A DNA stretch of 63,165 nt, counting the filler, from Octopus bimaculoides (lineage: Eukaryota): assembly GCF_001194135.2 (NCBI RefSeq). It is 6 parts of 6 records of this genome, joined end to end, with 100 filler letters (N's around TTAATTAATTAA, not from the genome) between each part and the next. Parts side by side here need not be neighbours in the genome. Positions count along the whole stretch, not along the records: positions 48,398 to 56,829 come from NC_068981.1; positions 56,930 to 60,478 come from NC_068991.1; positions 60,579 to 63,165 come from NC_069005.1; 3 more parts are not named here. One strand, 5' to 3'. A program made the translations under genes and the position numbers. Positions 50,960 to 63,165 of this stretch are shown here, piece by piece (positions within the stretch are counted from its first letter, which is position 1; each line of letters opens with the position of its first letter). The notes beneath the pieces are model-generated. The model worked only from the letters and a program-made list of their open reading frames with translations. It did not search any database and was not told where the DNA came from.

Positions 50960-52880
50960 TTAAGGTCTATTTTAAGTAGAGAAATACCAATACGTTAGTA
51001 GAGAATTATGTCCAGATTACAGCAACTGCCAACAAGCACATCCATGGTATAAAATGTACGGAAAAATAAAATAAAACAAAAATAAAGTTAAAATTCAAAT
51101 AAAAAATTCGAATTTGAATTGGTTATTAGGGGCCATAATTGTGGTTGAATACCTGCTTCCTCTGTGTTCTCAAATAAGCTCATAAATTAAGTATCCAGTT
51201 TTCTTAGAAGGGGTTAGTTGGTTAATAAGGAAGAATAGCTTATTTGGTATAAGATCTCGACAGTTAATACTGGTGGTGGTGGAGGTAGGACATAAACTCA
51301 GAATTTGTGTAAACGGAGAGGAGTATTTAAATAAATACGTGCATGGGCCTCGATATAGCTACTAGCAAACCAACGTTAATTAAGGAGTATACGTATAGCC
51401 TTAAAATTATTATCAAAGGCTACTATTTCTACGTTTCATTTTATTTTGTGTAGCCCTCATGTAACTCTTTGAAAATGGAACTAATGGTAATATACAAACA
51501 CACCATATCCAATACCCTAATAATTGTAAACATGTGTCGCCCGATGAGAATACCGGGAAATCGGGTGACATGATCTGGTGCATACTCCCTTTTGCGATGC
51601 AAATAAAGACCAATTTTGCTAAGCAAATATTTAACGTTATAAATAAGCTCTTTCATAAGAATAATAGGTATTCGAAATATATAAATAGTAGAATAATAAG
51701 GATAGGTTATAGTATTGCGCATAACGTAGCGAGCATCATATCCTCCCTGCATAATAAAAAAAAATAGACAATCCCTACTTAAGTTGAATCAGCAATAGCA
51801 AGGACGGTGGCAATGGTAGGAATTAAAACAATATACCCTACCCCAAACTTAGTAAAGGGTATACTCAGAACCATTATAAACCTATCAATCTCAATAGACT
51901 TAGCTCTACGCCACTAGAAATCGATTCCCCACACAGCACAATCTATGTGATTGTAGGAATAGGAAGTATTGTGCCCTCGGAAATGCATGTAGAATTAAGG
52001 ACGTAATTTACCAATGTACAATCAGAATACAATTTAGTAAAAGAAGTTACATAGGAGCTACCCAAAATGAAATGAAACGTAGACTAGCCACACATCAACA
52101 TTCTTTTAGAAATAGAAACATAATTAACTCGACTGGATTACATAAGTATATTTGGGAACTCAAAGACAGTGATATTAGCTTCACGTTAGAATGGATTATC
52201 CTCGCCACTGTCCCGTCGTATAATGTAAAAAATGGGAAATGTTATCTTTGCATTAATGAATTTTTTAAAAAAATTCTAGCAGCATGACACCCACTATGGA
52301 ACCTAAGAGAGGAGAGAAGTTAGCTTGCCTGCACACGAGGCGGTTCAACATCGCCAAATATAAATAACATTAGAAACCCTTATACAACCCAAAAATAGGA
52401 CCAAGAAACTACACCATAGAAATAGTAGCCCTTGTAGTAATTTGAAGGCTATGCATATACCCCTTAAGTAAAGTTAGTTTGCTAGTAGTAATATCGAGCA
52501 CTTGCAAGTATTTATTTAAATACTCCTCACGTTTACATAAATTCTGAGTTTAGGTCCTACCCACCATGCATATCAACTACCTAGATCTTAAACCAATTAA
52601 GCCATTCCTCCTTAATATAACCAACTAAACCCTTGTAAAATACCAGATACATAATTCATGAACTTATTTGAGAACACAGAGAGCATAGGTATTCAGCCAC
52701 AATTTTATGGTCCGCCAAAACTAATTCAAATTCTGATTTTTATTTAAATTTTAACTTTATTTTTTTATTTTATTTTATTTTCCTGACCTTTTATACCATG
52801 GATGTGCTTGTTGGCACTTGCTGTAATCTGGACTTAATTCTCTACCAGCATATTGGTCTTTCTCCACTTAAAATAGACCT
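50960..52880 (+). mobile_element. Penelope-like element 3' fragment between about 470-bp inverted repeats
   Basis: 50960-51432 is approximately the reverse complement of 52420-52880 (about 80% identity by eye); the core encodes PLE linker and GIY-YIG remnants. Confidence 0.8.
51534..52368 (+). pseudogene. PLE thumb/linker plus GIY-YIG endonuclease remnant
   Basis: IWCILPFAMQIKTNFAKQIF...GYS..HN (resembles the PLE pattern IWFNPPF..TN.G..SYS..HN); from 51946 CDCRNRKYCALGNAC..VIY-x11-YIGAT..KRRLATHQHSF..KYIWELK..W..CYLCINE. Confidence 0.85.
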
Positions 52881-54524
52881 TACTAGCACGACGCTCTAAC
52901 CAATGAGCACAAATGCATGTATATAGCTGTGTTTACATCGTGACAGTTTGTGTTGATTCATCTATATCCGAGTAACATCACTGTTTTGCTAACATAGACC
53001 GATGGAATAAGTGTCAAACATAAATAAAGGTTTGGCTTGACAAAAGCCTTCAACTAGATGTTCAAACATGGCCGACGCTCAATGGCTGAAACAAGTATAA
53101 GATATGAAAAAGCTCGTGTTATAAGCGTTTGTATGTGTGTGTACAAGCACACACAAATGCACACACAAGCACACACACATATACACATTCAGACGCACAT
53201 ATGTATACGTACATAACACACACAGTATACGTCTGTGTGGAATTAGCAATTTCTCGCGTGCAGTATAAATCTATGGATATTTCAAATATGCTTTTGTCTT
53301 TATTTAGCTAAGATATTGCTGATATGAATATATGAGCAGGCACTCTCAGGAAACATGTAAAGATAAATGCACTTTTTTCTCTCTCTTTACTTTCTTACAT
53401 ACAAAGATGTAATAAAAGTAGATGTATATTTTGTCAGGAATACGGCTAGTGTGGGAATTGATGTGGCTGTATGGCATTTAAAAACGAGGAATGTTTCTGA
53501 AAAAGATCAGAGAAGGAATTAGTAGAAGAATTTCAGGGAGTGATGATTACATGCGTACATACATACTCATGCACAGACTTATATGCCCGCAGTCAAATGA
53601 ATTAAACAAGTAAAAGAGTAAAAGAGTATTTATATATATATATATATNNNNNNNNNNNNNNNNNNNNNNNNNNNNNNNNNNNNNNNNNNNNNNNNNNNNN
53701 NNNNNNNNNNNNNNNNNNNNNNNNNNNNNNNNNNNNNNNNNNNNNNNNNNNNNNNNNNNNNNNNNNNNNNNNNNNNNNNNNNNNNNNNNNNNNNNNNNNN
53801 NNNNNNNNNNNNNNNNNNNNNNNNNNNNNNNNNNNNNNNNNNNNNNNNNNNNNNNNNNNNNNNNNNNNNNNNNNNNNNNNNNNNNNNNNNNNNNNNNNNN
53901 NNNNNNNNNNNNNNNNNNNNNNNNNNNNNNNNNNNNNNNNNNNNNNNNNNNNNNNNNNNNNNNNNNNNNNNNNNNNNNNNNNNNNNNNNNNNNNNNNNNN
54001 NNNNNNNNNNNNNNNNNNNNNNNNNNNNNNNNNNNNNNNNNNNNNNNNNNNNNNNNNNNNNNNNNNNNNNNNNNNNNNNNNNNNNNNNNNNNNNNNNNNN
54101 NNNNNNNNNNNNNNNNNNNNNNNNNNNNNNNNNNNNNNNNNNNNNNNNNNNNNNNNNNNNNNNNNNNNNNNNNNNNNNNNNNNNNNNNNNNNNNNNNNNN
54201 NNNNNNNNNNNNNNNNNNNNNNNNNNNNNNNNNNNNNNNNNNNNNNNNNNNNNNNNNNNNNNNNNNNNNNNNNNNNNNNNNNNNNNNNNNNNNNNNNNNN
54301 NNNNNNNNNNNNNNNNNNNNNNNNNNNNNNNNNNNNNNNNNNNNNNNNNNNNNNNNNNNNNNNNNNNNNNNNNNNNNNNNNNNNNNNNNNNNNNNNNNNN
54401 NNNNNNNNNNNNNNNNNNNNNNNNNNNNNNNNNNNNNNNNNNNNNNNNNNNNNNNNNNNNNNATATATATATAAACGTTATTAATAAAAGTGCAGAAGCA
54501 TCACAACATCTGCTACTCATATTG

Positions 54525-54585
54525 TCACGTTCCAGCTCGTGGGACAGTTTTCTCAACTAAAATTGTCCGACGAACGGGAACGTGA
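54525..54585. other. 27-bp imperfect hairpin (3 mismatches, no bulges, 7-nt loop)
   Basis: tcacgttccagctcgtgggacagtttt-ctcaact-aaaattgtccgacgaacgggaacgtga. Confidence 0.85.
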
Positions 54586-54979
54586 AGTAACAGTTACTGT
54601 GATGCTTGTGCAGATTTATTAATAATGCATGTCCCTCTGTCTCGGGTATTTGTGTACAATTTCCCACCTCCCTTCGTTCATCGGACGAAATAGACACAAT
54701 TCATATTTCCATTAATTCCATCATTTTATCCCGATTCAGTTTTAACATTGTTTATGTTCTTTCATTTTCTTCTGGTTCTTTCTGAATTTTTCTCAGACAA
54801 TAATCACGTTGTATTTTGTACTTGAAAACTGCTCTATATGTCACGAAACGCTATCCAAGCTCTTTCGGAATTTGTACTATCACAGTATGAAAACTATATT
54901 TGCTAACATTTAAAATACTGCGTGCATTAAAAGATATAATACATATACATACATACATACATACATAGACACACACACG

Positions 54980-55070
<91 letters not shown>

Positions 55071-55084
55071 TGTATAATTTAATT

Positions 55085-55725
55085 AATCAGAAAATGGAGT
55101 ACACTTTAGACCAACTAAGAAATCAATTTGACCCCATCTGTAGACTATATTTTAATACACATGACATAACATTTTTGTGACATAACATTTTTGTGACATA
55201 ACAATTCTTACAGCCGTTTCGCTTCCAATATCAGTCGGTGCCGACGAAAGAAATACGAAAATAATATCCTGCATCTTCAGGGCATATTCGATCTAGTACC
55301 TGAATCTTCATCAGAGTGAATACAAAAGGGTCCAAAATAAAGGGAAGAGAGAATAAGAAAGAAATCATGGCCGGCTTAATATATTAAAATCATACCATCT
55401 TCCAACTAACATGTCTAGAAAGACAGCAGTACCTATTTTATCTGAAATAGTTCTTGTTGATATTTGCCCAAAACAATACCATAGGGCTCTTATGATAGTG
55501 TATTTACTGAAATATTAGAGATAACACCAAGTGTTGTCCGCAATCTCTACTGTTGGTCATTTATATTTGAACCAAGGGCAAAATTGAAAACCGTTTCTAT
55601 GGATATGCAAATAAAAAGAAAAAGAACCATTAAATGAAGTGTGTAGGAGAGAAGACTATGATATGTGTGGTACGAGTCCGCTTATGACCTTCTGCAACTT
55701 CTCGACATAACATAAATAAGTATAT
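55085..55725 (-). mobile_element. Hammerhead-bearing repeat family copy 2, adjacent to (TA)n
   Basis: Collinear with 49670-50460, with an internal deletion relative to it. Confidence 0.8.
55204..55321 (-). ncRNA. Decayed type I hammerhead with 73-nt stem II insert
   Basis: ATTCACT-CTGATGA-A-GATTCA-[73 nt]-TGGAAGC-GAAA-CGGCTG-TA/AGAAT. Confidence 0.55.
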
Positions 55726-56929
55726 ANNNNNNNNNNNNNNNNNNNNNNNNNNNNNNNNNNNNNNNNNNNNNNNNNNNNNNNNNNNNNNNNNNNNNNNNNN
55801 NNNNNNNNNNNNNNNNNNNNNNNNNNNNNNNNNNNNNNNNNNNNNNNNNNNNNNNNNNNNNNNNNNNNNNNNNNTAGGAAGAGAGAGCGATAGAGAGAGA
55901 AAGAGAGAGATTCCGACAGAACGAGTTTAATTAATATACATAAAGAGATAGATAATGATTTTAGATTATTTTGCGAGTATCATTACGAATTTCTTGACCC
56001 GACCCAGTGGAATATAACTGTCTGACCTCAACGTTATATACTGAATGTGACTGCTGAAGAGAGCAAAGGCTGCAACAGCAGACAGCTGGACGGCTGGTAG
56101 TTATTATAGTTGAAATGACAAGATTATAACGAGGTGTTTCCTCAGGACACATCATGCTTCACGTTTTAGCAATTAATGCCATTCTTCATTGCTGTCTGTT
56201 GCACACCATAAATAGCACGGTTCTCTACTATTGATAGCGATGCGAATGCCGTCAAAGGCATATCAGAACTATTGTATGCATCAATACACATTTAGTACAT
56301 TGACACTTAGTGTTTAGGTTGCATACATAACTGGACATCATAATTCCTACCCAGTTAACACTAAACGAGAAACGTAATCGAAATCTATATTCTATCAATT
56401 TGATAAATTAAATATTTATCTATAAATCCATTAGTGTTAACATAAGAGATCAGTTCAGTTTTTAATCATTTATTTACAATATATTGTATAACTGAATATT
56501 TGAATCAACTCCCTTGTTGTTTAGGTTTTAAATGCATGTGATATTATGAGTGTAATTCAGTGCAACTAAATGCATATGTGCACTGTCATAATATGCGTAT
56601 GTGTATATGCATGAATACACATGTATGTATTTACATACTTACACATATAAGTGTGTACGTTTGTGCGTGAGTGCGTGTATACGTGAGTGCTTGTGTGCGT
56701 GTGCCTGTACCTGTATGCAGTTCAAAATCTCTATAGAAAACTACAGAACAAATCTATTTCATTTGAAATATTGTCTCTATAGATGTCTCTTGGAGACTAT
56801 CATACGTATATATATGTATGTATATATATNNNNNNNNNNNNNNNNNNNNNNNNNNNNNNNNNNNNNNNNNNNNTTAATTAATTAANNNNNNNNNNNNNNN
56901 NNNNNNNNNNNNNNNNNNNNNNNNNNNNN

Positions 56930-56967
<38 letters not shown>

Positions 56968-57004
56968 TATATATATTTAGATATATATATATATATATGG
57001 ATAA

Positions 57005-57044
<40 letters not shown>

Positions 57045-58887
57045 ATAGATTTTAATAGTAGGCAACAGCATGTGTTTCAGTACTGTACACCTGTTTCAAG
57101 TTCCTGAGTCTCTATTCATATACCATTATACATAATCATTCTTTATGACCATTATATATAGTTGAATATTTTTCTGCAACCACCGGGTGTGGGCGTTTCA
57201 TCGAGTGTGCGTGTGTGCGTGTGTGTGTACGTACAAATACAGAGAGAGAGGGTAGAGAGAAGGGGAGGGAGAGAATGAGAATTCTTCAGGTTGTATGTAT
57301 GCTTATGTTGCTGTACATATGTGTACGAAACATTGTTTCCATATTCGTACAAATCTCTGTGTGGATATTTGTCAGTGCTTGGTTGTTTAAATGTTCTTTT
57401 ACCTGTGTGTAGGTGTGTGTGTGTGTATGTGTGTGTGTGCGTCTGAAACATATGTCAAACATTTTAATTGAACTGAAGTCTGATTAGATCTCATTTAATT
57501 TGTTTACATCTTAATTAATGCTTTATTTGTCCACCTGCATTCTAATGTGTGTGTGTGCAACTAATAACATACGCTTAGACGTATGTATGACTTGTACGTG
57601 TGAACAGATTCAATGTGGATATATTATAGTGTTTATAAATGACCACTGTACAAAATATATTAGGGACGGTGTATGGCATTTACGTCTCTCCCTCACACAC
57701 ACACACAAACACATAGTCAAGCGTTTGTTCACATGTGCATATATACATAAAACCGGTAAAAAAATTCGGGAAAAAAGACACAGAAATAATAAGTGCTAGG
57801 TTTACAAAGAATAAGTCCTGAGGTCGATTTGTTCGACTAAAGCTGTACTCCAGCATGGCCGCAGTCAAATGATTGGAACAAGTAAAAGAATAAAAGAATA
57901 ATGAATATATACACATATGAATTTGGTTATATGCATATATATGGATTTATATAATATATACATATGGATATCTATACACACACACACACATCGGACTTCT
58001 TTCAGTTTCTGTCGACCAAATCCACTAACAAGGCTCTGGTCGGCCGGAGGCTATGGCAGAAGACACTTACCCAAGGTGTAACACAGTGGGACTGAACCCG
58101 GCACCATGTGGTTGGGAAGCAAGCTTCTTACCACACACCCACGCCTACGCCTATGTATATATATATATATATATATATATNNNNNNNNNNNNNNNNNNNN
58201 NNNNNNNNNNNNNNNNNNNNNNNNNNNNNNNNNNNNNNNNNNNNNNNNNNNNNNNNNNNNNNNNNNNNNNNNNNNNNNNNNNNNNNNNNNNNNNNNNNNN
58301 NNNNNNNNNNNNNNNNNNNNNNNNNNNNNNNNNNNNNNNNNNNNNNNNNNNNNNNNNNNNNNNNNNNNNNNNNNNNNNNNNNNNNNNNNNNNNNNNNNNN
58401 NNNNNNNNNNNNNNNNNNNNNNNNNNNNNNNNNNNNNNNNNNNNNNNNNNNNNNNNNNNNNNNNNNNNNNNNNNNNNNNNNNNNNNNNNNNNNNNNNNNN
58501 NNNNNNNNNNNNNNNNNNNNNNNNNNNNNNNNNNNNNNNNNNNNNNNNNNNNNNNNNNNNNNNNNNNNNNNNNNNNNNNNNNNNNNNNNNNNNNNNNNNN
58601 NNNNNNNNNNNNNNNNNNNNNNNNNNNNNNNNNNNNNNNNNNNNNNNNNNNNNNNNNNNNNNNNNNNNNNNNNNNNNNNNNNNNNNNNNNNNNNNNNNNN
58701 NNNNNNNNNNNNNNNNNNNNNNNNNNNNNNNNNNNNNNNNNNNNNNNNNNNNNNNNNNNNNNNNNNNNNNNNNNNNNNNNNNNNNNNNNNNNNNNNNNNN
58801 NNNNNNNNNNNNNNNNNNNNNNNNNNNNNNNNNNNNNNNNNNNNNNNNNNNNNNNNNNNNNNNNNNNNNNNNNNNNNNNNNNNNNNN

Positions 58888-58966
<79 letters not shown>

Positions 58967-59159
58967 CATACATATGTACATATGCATACATATGCATATC
59001 CGTATATGTTTTTATATGTACAAATATAATTTTATTTTTATATACACTAAATTACACATACATGTATATTTATACATGCGCTTACATATATAAAATATGT
59101 ATATGTATACGTATACTGCATTACATCATGACGACTGAGTGCTGAATGAGCACTCAGCC

Positions 59160-60265
59160 ACTCAAATATGGATGTGGTATATCTCGACTTTCCCAAGGCC
59201 TTTGATAAAGCTAGTATGTCACAAACAGTGTGACCTTAGCATCTCTGGAAAACTGGGAAAGTAGCTGCATGACATTTTAAAAGACAGAATTCAGACAATT
59301 ACAGCCAATGGTGCTCTCTCTGAGGAAACTTCCCTTAAGGAACTGTAGTGGGACTACCACTCTTCGTGGTATCACATATTCTCAGTGTTACAGGCAGCCA
59401 TTCTCATCAACTATGCTGATGATGCGAAAGTATCCTAGGTGAAGGATCCTGAGTACATATCAAAGCTACAAAACGACTACATGTAATATACAAATGGGAT
59501 GAGGAATATAACATGCAGTTCAATGCTGAGAAGTTTTAAGCACTTCACTATCGGTCACAAACAGACCGCAGTCGGAATACATAGCACGAAGGAGTAGTGC
59601 AATTTCAGAATCAGAGTCGGTGCATTACCTGGGAATCCACATGAAAAGTGATGCAACGTTTCATGAGCATACTAACAAGATGTCAACATTGTGCTGGCGA
59701 GTAGCCGGATGGATTCTGAAATCACTAAGAAACAGAAAAAAGGATGCAGTTCCGATGGAGAACATTCGTTCTCAGTCGTCTGGATTGCTGTTCTAGCCGC
59801 AGAGTGTCAAACCGGCGATTGAACTTCAGATAAGCCAGTGCTAATATACAAGGAAGGTTGACTCAATGAAACAGATGAGCTTCTGGAAGGGGCTAAAGGA
59901 ACTGAAGCTATACTCCCTAGAAAGAATACGTGAGAGATACACAGTTATATTCATATGGAAGATCCTGGACTATCTAGTTCCCAACTTTCAAACTGAAAGC
60001 CACATCAACCATTGAACTGCACGGAACTGCATAATACAAAAATATCCCGTCATCTCCGTATGGATTAAGAACCCAGTACTGTAGCAGCTTGGGTTTCAAG
60101 GAACCACAAGTTTTGAGCATTCTGCTAAATCAACTCTAGCAAGTGTAGATGTTGAGATTTTCAAAGAGCGCCTCGACAAATTCCTATATGAAATACCAGA
60201 TGAACCCACATCGCTGCAGTACGGACAAAGAAAGGTGACACCGTCTAACTCGCAACTTTACCAAT
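59160..60265 (+). pseudogene. CR1-group LINE reverse transcriptase remnant
   Basis: MDVVYLDFPKAFDK, (P)QGTV.G..LF, NYADDAK, W.EE.NMQFNAEKF, LYSLER.RERY..I..WKIL, with many stops and frameshifts. Confidence 0.85.
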
Positions 60266-60416
60266 AGCAGTACAACAGGAAAACCCAAACACACCCAACG
60301 AATGGCCCAAGAATTTGGTAGAAACCGGCATGCACCAGCATGACCGCAGCCACTTGGCTGAAACACATAAATAAATAAATATCGTTTTGTATCACAAGAC
60401 ACAAGTTATGCGAGTA

Positions 60417-60478
<62 letters not shown>

Positions 60479-61849
60479 NNNNNNNNNNNNNNNNNNNNNN
60501 NNNNNNNNNNNNNNNNNNNNNNTTAATTAATTAANNNNNNNNNNNNNNNNNNNNNNNNNNNNNNNNNNNNNNNNNNNNAGTCACTACTCATGTTTGCCAG
60601 CTGAGTGGACTGAGCTAACGTGAAATAAAGTGTCTTGATCAAGGACACAACACACCGCAGTGACTCGAACTCACGACCTTACGATCGTGAGCAGGTTACC
60701 CTAACCACTAAGCCGCGTGCCTTCACACGACCTCAATAACAACAACAACAACCACAACACCACCACCACTACCAACACTACCACCACTAACAGCAGCAGT
60801 AACAACAGCAGCAAAGGCAACAGCATCAAGAATTAAAAGAAAACAATACAATGCAAAGTCCATAACAATTACAATGAATACATCTGCAGTGACATCTACA
60901 ACAACAACGGCCATAATCACACATTTACTAAGAGCTTTTTGTTTCTCTATTTCTTAGTTTCTCAACAACGAGTAGCTGAATGCTATTCTTTTGATCAAAA
61001 GTTGGACTGCAAATTCTACACATGTGTGAGTGAGAGATTACCTTGCCCTGAACTACTATATTTGCACAATCAGGAACCTGTTTATTGTAAAAGACCCGAT
61101 GAAAAGGTAAAATGATTTTTTATGCTTTTTATGGTGTGGCAATTTAAAGTTCTGATTCAATGCGCGAAGAAATAGAATGACAGAATGAGTAAAACAAGAG
61201 CGAAAGAAAACAAGAAACAAAGAAGGAAAGAAAGGGAGAAAGAAAGACAGAATAGATGAAACAAAGATAGACAGGCTGACAGATAGATAGATAGATAGAT
61301 TGATAGATAGATAGATATAAAAGACACGAGTTTTCGTCAGGGTGACTGAAAATAATAGACATACATTCTGAGTGCTCAATTTGGTATGTCATCAAAATTC
61401 CAGTTTGAACTGCTGTTGAACATGCGATTTTGTGACTGCCTTTCTGAAGCGGCTAGAAGTGGTTTTCCATTGAGCTGATAGGTATAGATNNNNNNNNNNN
61501 NNNNNNNNNNNNNNNNNNNNNNNNNNNNNNNNNNNNNNNNNNNNNNNNNNNNNNNNNNNNNNNNNNNNNNNNNNNNNNNNNNNNNNNNNNNNNNNNNNNN
61601 NNNNNNNNNNNNNNNNNNNNNNNNNNNNNNNNNNNNNNNNNNNNNNNNNNNNNNNNNNNNNNNNNNNNNNNNNNNNNNNNNNNNNNNNNNNNNNNNNNNN
61701 NNNNNNNNNNNNNNNNNNNNNNNNNNNNNNNNNCTGGGATATACCAGAAACAAATGTTAGAGACTACGTACACCGCTTTACTATATAGCTAAATTCAATG
61801 TCCTTGCCAAGTTTTGCCTAACCATTTGCCTTTCAATTCTATTTCAGTC

Positions 61850-62084
61850 TGGATAGATAGATTGAAAAATAGATAGATAGATAGATAGCTAGATAGATAG
61901 ATAGATAGATAGATAGAAATATTGACAGATGGATAGAAGACAGATAGACAGATAGAGAAAATAAGCAGACACAGTTAGATAGATACGTTGATAAACATAC
62001 AACTAGGCAGCCAGATAGCTGGTTAGCTTGCAAGCAAGATATATAGATAGATAGACAGACAGACTGAGAGGTAGACAGACAGAC

Positions 62085-62128
<44 letters not shown>

Positions 62129-62135
62129 CGATATA
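61850..62135. repeat. (GATA)n/(GACA)n array
   Basis: Seen directly. Confidence 0.9.
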
Positions 62136-62468
62136 CATAGAGACATACAGACAGGACATAATTATTCAGATGTTTACTTACACATCTACATATAAACTAA
62201 ATAACTAAAATCCTTTTCTCATTTGTATGTAAATTTCCATAAATAAAATAAAAATGAAATAAAAGTCTTTTATTCCAAAATATGTTTATCCATGGTCCAT
62301 TTGGGTTTATGTGTGGATGTATGTTTGTGTATTTATTTGTGCTCGTATGTGTATATGCGTATGTTTACTACCTAAGTTAATTTATGTGTACGTATGTGTG
62401 TATGTGTGTCGACAAAAGGTTATTGAATACAAGTATGGATGTCATTGTTTATGCATGTGTGTGTGTGT

Positions 62469-62499
<31 letters not shown>

Positions 62500-62709
62500 C
62501 TTGTGTGCGCGCCTTTATAGATCCTTACTGCATCAGTCGCTTTCTTAGTGCGTGTGTATGTGTATTAGTAAAAGATTATCTAATATTTCTATAACTATAT
62601 ATGCATTTATAGGTATGGATATTGATCGCCTATTTCAGTTTATGTATGATTATGTTTGTGTGTATATAGATGTTTACTGTCTAAATTGATTTATGTGTGC
62701 GTGTGTTCT

Positions 62710-63086
62710 TGTTCTTGACACTCCGTCGCTTACGACGTCGAGGGTTCCAGTTAATCCGATCAACGGAACAGCCTGCTAGTGAAATTAACGTGCAAGTGGC
62801 TGAGCATTCCACAGACACATACACCCTTAACGTAGTTCTCGGGGATATTCAGCGTGACACAGTGTGACAAGGCTGACCCTTTGAATTACAGGCACAACAG
62901 AAACGAAACAGGAAGTAAGAGTGAGAGAAAGAGTACAGCAGGGTTCGCCACCATCCCCTGCCGGAGTCTCGTGGAGTTTTAGGTGTTTTCGCTCAATAAA
63001 CACTCAAAACGTCCGATCTGGGAATCGAAACCGTGATCCTATGACCGCGAGTCCGCTGCCCTAACCACTGGGCCATTGCGCCTCCC
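62710..63086 (-). mobile_element. Full-length tRNA-derived SINE family D
   Basis: Minus-strand head ggaggcgcaatggcccagtggttagggcagcggactcgcggtcataggatcacggtttcgattcccaga, body and tail ending gtcaagaacaagaa. Confidence 0.85.
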
Positions 63087-63165
63087 ATGTGTGTGCGTGT
63101 GTATGTATGTTAGTAACGTGTTATGGAGTCAAATCAGTTTGTTAATATACATATATATTCCCTTA

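Overview
Repeat-dense, AT-rich eukaryotic non-coding DNA with roughly 8-9 kb of N gaps. The SINE families, the TA/CA/GATA/AAT microsatellite load and the R4/Dong, RTE, CR1 and Penelope-like remnants point to an octopod cephalopod draft genome (inference from recalled repeat families, not a database search). Five 100-bp N44-TTAATTAATTAA-N44 linkers suggest several scaffolds were concatenated, so adjacency across them is unreliable. I see no intact multi-exon gene. There is one good candidate first coding exon on the minus strand (38741-38821) and one weak micro-exon. Nearly all ORF-track entries are microsatellite or gap artefacts. Recognisable elements: decayed Tx1/L1, RTE, CR1 and R4/Dong LINE pieces, a DD36E Tc1-like transposase pseudogene, a mariner fragment, a Penelope-like GIY-YIG element between long inverted repeats, several MITE-like or hairpin elements and about 30 tRNA-derived SINE pieces. 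The most interesting signal is four type I hammerhead ribozyme motifs in or near Penelope-like, TA-microsatellite-associated repeats. One (4549-4677, minus) has a perfect catalytic core, an 86-nt structured extension of stem II and a palindromic stem III. Two more (49772-49890 and 55204-55321) are decayed members of a second family with a 73-nt stem II insert. One (38072-38108) is a minimal variant-core hammerhead. Coordinates of decayed repeats are approximate (+/-10-20 bp).
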